DNA from: Phoronis australis
Taxonomy: Eukaryota; Animalia; Phoronida
DNA length: 64,000 nt
Assembly: GCA_002633005.1 (NCBI GenBank)
Contig: NMRA01000258.1
Location: 393,126-457,125 of the forward strand
Direction: 5' to 3'
Under the pieces are notes generated by a model. That model was given only the letters and a program-made list of their open reading frames with translations. It was not told the origin of the DNA and made no database searches. The position numbers and the translations under genes are program-made. Each line of letters starts with the position of its first letter. The stretch's first letter is position 1. Shown in pieces: positions 59,301 through 64,000 of this stretch.

Positions 59301-62300
59301 TCTAAAACTCTGTCCCAGTTCCAATCTCAGGGGGAGTTGGCCACTTTAACAGAAGAGCAGCTTGCAGCTCAGCCAATGGATGAGCAGTTTGATGATGCAA
59401 ATGAGGGTAATGTCATAATGTTTATGTGTTAAATCTTTCCTGACCAGATGTGCTCGTTTTCAGTGTCCACAATGACCTCAATGGATCTTTAGACTTTTAC
59501 TTTTTAATTAATATCCAATCATAAATTTCAAGAATTGTGATTACAGAAAGTCTACCCTGAAAAGCACTAAGCTTATAGAGCATGTTGCCTGCCATGTTTT
59601 CAGTTAAAGTCATCCTGCATTCTTCATTGCAGTTTTGTAATGTTGATTGTACTTTGAGTGATACTGCATATTATGTGCTCTTACAATTTATTGTCTTTTA
59701 CCTTCACAGAAGACATGGTTATGTCTGACGATGACATGCCTGAGGAGCCTCACCCAAACTCTGTCCGGGAGGTGATGCAGATGACCACGTCTCCTGGTGC
59801 ATACCCCCAACAGGGCAGTCGCAAACGAAAGCATGATGGCGAACTGCCGTTTGGCATGAATCAGCTGTTTGAGCAAGAGAGGGTACTAGATGACCACCGG
59901 CTGGCCAATGAAGAGCTGGGCAAGTTGGGCATGTGTGTGAAGAAGTTGGTGGATAAGGAAGGTTAGTATTGGTGGAGTCCACTCACAGTCTGGGCTGGAG
60001 TGAGTTCCCATTGGTGAGTGAGAGTGAACACATGTTGATGGCTCAGTAGTGAAGCGACACTGGTGAACTCACAGTGTGATCTAACACTGGTGGGGGGCAG
60101 GTGGTGTTGAACTTAGAAATATTGTGTTATGGATATTGTCTCGTAGTTAAGTGAAGTACCTGCTCACTTGATTTCCAGCATCGTAATTCTGTGCCCTTAT
60201 TAAGTGTGTAGTGGCACGTGCTTTCATTTCCAGGTAAATCGATGAATCGTGGCGAGATCTTCAAGAAAGCCCTCAACAGTTTTGTCATGCGCAGCACTCC
60301 AATCACCATGATCGTAAAGCAAGATAACGATGTTGACAATTTCCTTCGCTATGGGAAAATGATGCCTTATGCATGTCTTATGTACTTCGGTAGGTATCAT
60401 AATTTGCTTTATAGGAGCTTAAGGTTGTCTACTTATTTGATCGTTTTGAGAGAGATGTTTTCGTAATCTTTAACGACAGCACACTGCTGCTACTTAATTC
60501 TGAAATATTTGTTTCTGAAATTGTTGTTTATTGGAATCTTTTAAACTCTGTAAACGAAAAAACTGGTGTATAGTCGTAGTAACTTTCTGTGTGCCATCAC
60601 TCCTGTAATGTTTCATGTTTGTTGAAGAATTTTTAACAGGAATCGGTGAAGATGTGCATTAGCTGTCTGTCTCGCTAATTGATTTGTCCTCTGGGCCGCC
60701 GGCCTAGTGGACTCTCACCTTGCGACTGCGTGTAATTACAGGTAGAGTATTCGTGTCTAAAGGTGGAGGGGAAACACCTGAAGGTGCCAAGCAGCAGGTG
60801 GGTCTACACAAGACAGGGGCTTACACTCTACACACACTGTTTAGGGCACTGGCAATGCCATTTGTCCATTAGAAACAACCCTTGTAGTCAATTCAATGAG
60901 TGTGACTCATGTCAATACCCGAGAAGTGTGATAACATTGCTTTCATATTACAGTTAATGGACACATATTTTCTTTAAGCCATTGCTTGTGTAATATGCTT
61001 ACTGATGGACACAATGGAAGTCAGCCAGCATATTCAGTGTGTGTTGCTCTCCACACAATGAACAAAATGATAAAAAGAATTAATTCTGTATTTGCGCTAC
61101 GATGAAGAATCTTAAAATGTTCTTCATGGGACATACTACTTTTTCCTAGCATTCAGTTTGACATCAAAATTAACTTGCCTGAAGTATGAGAACGACATTT
61201 GACTTGTTCTGTTGGTAGGTGTAAGTGAGTGTCAGCCCTGGTCTGTGTACTCCCTCACTGTTTGTGAGGGAGTACTGCCAATTGTGTCTTCAGCTATTGT
61301 TCCGTCATTGAAAGTAATTAGAGAAGTTCTTAAATAGACCATAAAATCTAAAACATTCTTTGACAGTAATCCTTTCCCAATCATACGTACAGTAATAATT
61401 GCTTTAATGGAGAACGCAGTGAAACGATGTTATGTAGGACTTTATCGACTTGTCAAATGTCTTAAAAAATTATAATATATATAATTTTATTTTCTGAATG
61501 TAGAAAACTTGTAGAGTTTTGATTTTTGACTTTATACCGATTCACTATATTTATTTGGATCATGTGCCATGTCTTTTTAATAAAATTTAGCAAAAAAGTA
61601 AAGGTACATCCATAGAAAAAACAGTATCAATAACATATTAACCAAATTTCATTCGATATAAATGTTCAAGTTGAAATCTCAAAGTCACTGTTACAGTTTA
61701 CTTAAATTATCATTTCGTTTGATACAGTTCTTGAGTTTTTTCACAAAAATCATCAATATAAACACAAAAGTCTTATTTTTGTACCCCCTCATGCAAAAGT
61801 AGAAACTTTTAAAAACAGTTCCCAAGAGCATTATGAGTAACAACGCTCGGAGCAAAGTATCTGGAAGTTTAATATGAATTCGATGAGTCATTTCTGAGAT
61901 ATGTTGTTTCAAAGTTTGCCAAATTTGATCATTTCTGAGGGGTCCTATGTAACCATAATGGTTGACGTCTGTGATTTTGGATGTTCTTTTGTTTGATTTT
62001 TATAACTGTAAGTTTTTGAGGGACGAAATTATAAAAATGTTTGAACAAAGGAAAGTACATCTTTTACAGTTACAGTCACGTGTAATTACCAATATTGTAA
62101 AAAATCATTTTATGACTAGGTTTCTAATTAAAAAACAGTATTTACTGTAGTTTGACATTTAGTTGTCAGTAAACGATCACTTCTGAATGTATTTGTGAGT
62201 TATTTTGCTCTGTCAACATTTAGCCTCAATAGCTTAGCTCGCTTTACAACCTGTGACTAGGTAAAATGTGATCAAGTCTGTTTATTAAAGCCTCAGAGCA

Positions 62301-63947
62301 CGCCAAGGTTTCTTGTCATTGTTGACATAATTCTTGAATTTTAGTTTTATGCAGTAGCAACCATACTATTGCCACATTTTCATGGAATGCAAGTGCATTT
62401 CAAAAAACTTGTGAATAAGTCAAAACGCATATTTGTTTCTGGTGTGGGCCACTTCTCATTTGAAACTTGCGAGTTGCTGCTTCTGTGAAAAAAACAACGC
62501 TTTTGGTGTTGTCACCTGTTTTTTTAAAATAATGACAGACTAAAAATACCACATCACTGCACAAATTTTCAAAAAAAAAACAGACCAGACCCATTGCCGT
62601 TTTTTGTCCTGACATGATTTTTTTGGGGCTATAAAAATTTATTTCCACCAAGATTTGATCCCTACAAGTCAGCCCTGTGAGTGCGTTTCTTGAATGCAGA
62701 ACAGCATTGGCTGTTGTTGTGTTTAACATTGCATTGGCTGTTGTTGTGTTTAACATTGCATTGTGTTTACAGTCGTATGAGGTTGCCTGTAATCGTCTAA
62801 ACAAGATGTTATTGGAGGAGGTACTAGAAGAAGCCAGTGTTGAGGACAAGCAGTTCCCTAATAAAGGCTCAGACACCACTGAAATTAGTCGGGAGACCAT
62901 CTATCCGAAGGTGACCAGGAGAATCCCCTCGTTACTGGATAGTGAACCAGACGGTGGCGGTCATGGCAGCAGCCATGGTGTGCCTCCAATGTATGGAATG
63001 ACCGCACCAGCTGGTGCTATGGTTCCACCGATGTGGGGTGCAGACATGAACCGTAGTGGAACCCGGCCTTATGGGATGGGTCATCAGCCAATGATTGAGC
63101 CTATGTCAATGAGTGGTACGAGGGCATCCCAGGGACGAGAAGAATACGAGTATGGGCCCGTATCTGGGCAGCAGAGTGTGACACCTGTTGTTGATGTAGG
63201 CAAGCTGGAGAAGCTCAGTCAGATTGTGAAAAGAAGTCGCAAGAAGGAAGGTAACGGTGGTGGCTTGCGCTATGGGGAATTATTTAAATTATACCGCATA
63301 AATATTTATATGGCCATGCAATAATCATGTCATGTGATTGTACAATAACCTTAAAGATTATTGTACGGTCATGTCAGGTGGTCATTGCTCAGGAAAGAAA
63401 ATAAAATTGACAAAGAACTGTTGGTTAAATCTGCGCTATGTGGTATAAAGACGTTTAAAAGTCATGATTTTATACGAGCGAGTTAATAACCTCAGTGCTG
63501 CCACCTCTATTAATGACATCATCCTTATAAATACATATCATTCATATATTTCAAAGACTAGCTTGATCACCTGTAATGCACATACCACTTGCTCTTTACT
63601 ATGGCTAAATCAAAATAATTAACGTCCGGGGAGTTGTGAAAATTTGGTATATACTGCTTTGTTAAGAAATAAGATCTCCAAAATTGAAGGTTTATTTGTG
63701 TTAATGTAGTACAATGCATAAAATGAAGTCCGTTGGATGGTCAACCATTAAGCATCATTAAGACAATGACTAATTCTTGAAATGTTTTCAGGAGCACAGG
63801 TGCATCCCAGCCAGATATTTAAGAACGCCCTTGAAAGGTTCAGTCATCGAGACCTTCCTATAACCATCATTACTAAAGAAGACAATGACGTAGCAAACTT
63901 TTTGCGTTATGGCAGAATGTTGCCATATGCAAGCATGTTATTTTACA
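53202..63947 (+). CDS. Unidentified multi-exon protein: low-complexity N-terminal half plus repeated dsRBD-like modules (5' start unresolved, continues beyond the window)
   Basis: 11 exons with AG/GT ends whose phases chain without a stop: 53202-53353, 54404-54854, 55451-55549, 56925-57131, 58604-58763, 59270-59406, 59710-59961, 60234-60389, 60742-60797, 62773-63250, 63792-63947. Confidence 0.85.
53549..53815. repeat. ~30-bp minisatellite (caaagtttttgagtcctaagttatatctat), ~9 copies
   Basis: Visible tandem copies with minor variants. Confidence 0.9.
54404..54854 (+). CDS. Plus-gene exon b, Ser/Gly/Gln-rich
   Basis: acttgtag acceptor, gtaaag donor, 451 nt open, in frame with ORF 54464-54919. 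Confidence 0.85.
55451..55549 (+). CDS. Plus-gene exon c (SLLASQQANLENMVQKAKSSNTVLKQKFVKSS)
   Basis: ctgctag acceptor, gtcagt donor, 99 nt, phase 1/1. Confidence 0.75.
55759..56259 (+). mobile_element. hAT-like MITE with CAGGGCTTGGAAT TIR, copy 2
   Basis: Inverted, highly similar copy of 24368-24875. Confidence 0.85.
56925..57131 (+). CDS. Plus-gene exon d (VPLTNTLGTG...WVKKKKPPHGGAQPPPAPQQPST)
   Basis: ctgtttcag acceptor, gtctgg donor (weak), 207 nt, phase 1/1. Confidence 0.78.
58604..58763 (+). CDS. Plus-gene exon e (EKKKPRPPKEKE...GLGYE...GKGRGKNV)
   Basis: tttgtag acceptor, gtacgt donor, phase 1 in and 2 out. Confidence 0.8.
59270..59406 (+). CDS. Plus-gene exon f (IMRESVLTNTSKTLSQFQSQGE...DDANE)
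   Basis: ttttcacttgcag acceptor, gtaatg donor, phase 2 in and 1 out. Confidence 0.8.
59710..59961 (+). CDS. Plus-gene exon g (DMVMSDDD...SRKRKH...CVKKLVDKE)
   Basis: ccttcacag acceptor, gttagt donor; RKRK basic NLS-like motif. Confidence 0.85.
60234..60389 (+). CDS. Plus-gene exon h, repeat module 1 (EIFKKALNSF...PITMIVKQDNDVDNFLRYGKMMPYACLMYF)
   Basis: tttccag acceptor, gtaggt donor, 156 nt; paralogous to 63792-63947. Confidence 0.88.
60742..60797 (+). CDS. Plus-gene exon i (RVFVSKGGGETPEGAKQQ)
   Basis: attacag acceptor, gtgggt donor, 56 nt; supplies exactly the phase change (1 to 0) needed between exons h and j. Confidence 0.75.
61428..61955. mobile_element. Degenerate TIR element related to 39370-39950
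   Basis: Ends gttatgtaggac / gtcctatgtaacc; the reverse complement of 61860-61955 resembles 39370-39460. Confidence 0.4.
62773..63250 (+). CDS. Plus-gene exon j (SYEVACNRLNKMLLEE...Met/Gly/Pro-rich linker...KLEKLSQIVKRSRKKE)
   Basis: tttacag acceptor, gtaacg donor, 478 nt within ORF 62677-63324. Confidence 0.87.
63792..63947 (+). CDS. Plus-gene exon k, repeat module 2 (QIFKNALERF...PITIITKEDNDVANFLRYGRMLPYASMLFY)
   Basis: ttttcag acceptor, gtaagt donor, 156 nt, same length and phase as exon h. Confidence 0.88.
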
Positions 63948-64000
63948 GTAAGTCGTGTTTTTTACCTTTTATTCGTGTAAATATTTCTATAATAATCGTA

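Noticed and set aside
62704-62762. 27-bp duplication read as coding in ORF 62677-63324 (ALAVVVFNI x2)
   Set aside because: It lies upstream of the tttacag acceptor at 62772 and is intronic.
53202-63947. Assigning the symbol NKRF or CDKN2AIP
   Set aside because: No XRN2-binding domain, complete G-patch or R3H is visible in the traced exons; the similarity is only a by-eye fold pattern.

Overview
This is AT-rich, intron-rich animal genomic DNA, probably from a marine invertebrate (inferred from repeat content and SHOC2 N-terminal style), with three N gaps (7537-8154, 19998-20785, 53919-53986). The minus strand carries a SHOC2/soc-2/Sur-8 leucine-rich-repeat gene. I traced 14 coding exons from 33267 to 5928 with GT-AG boundaries and matching phases; one expected ~170-nt exon is absent and most likely lies in the first gap. 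The plus strand has the last coding exon of an unidentified gene (87-215). It also has a large unidentified multi-exon gene (11 phase-consistent exons, 53202-63947, continuing past the window) with Pro/Gln/Tyr/Ser-rich low-complexity N-terminal exons and an exon-duplicated domain resembling a dsRNA-binding fold. Introns and the spacer between the two divergent genes are full of non-autonomous transposons (Helentron-associated/DINE-1-like, PIF/Harbinger, hAT-like and Kolobok-like MITEs, a 5'-truncated L1/Tx1 LINE) and minisatellites. The most notable observations are a mobile element carrying co-oriented CTCF-consensus motifs every ~140-150 bp, a minisatellite made of tandem copies of a SHOC2 splice donor, and a MITE inserted inside a splice donor without changing it. 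No CRISPR, rRNA or tRNA was recognised. All alignments were done by eye.
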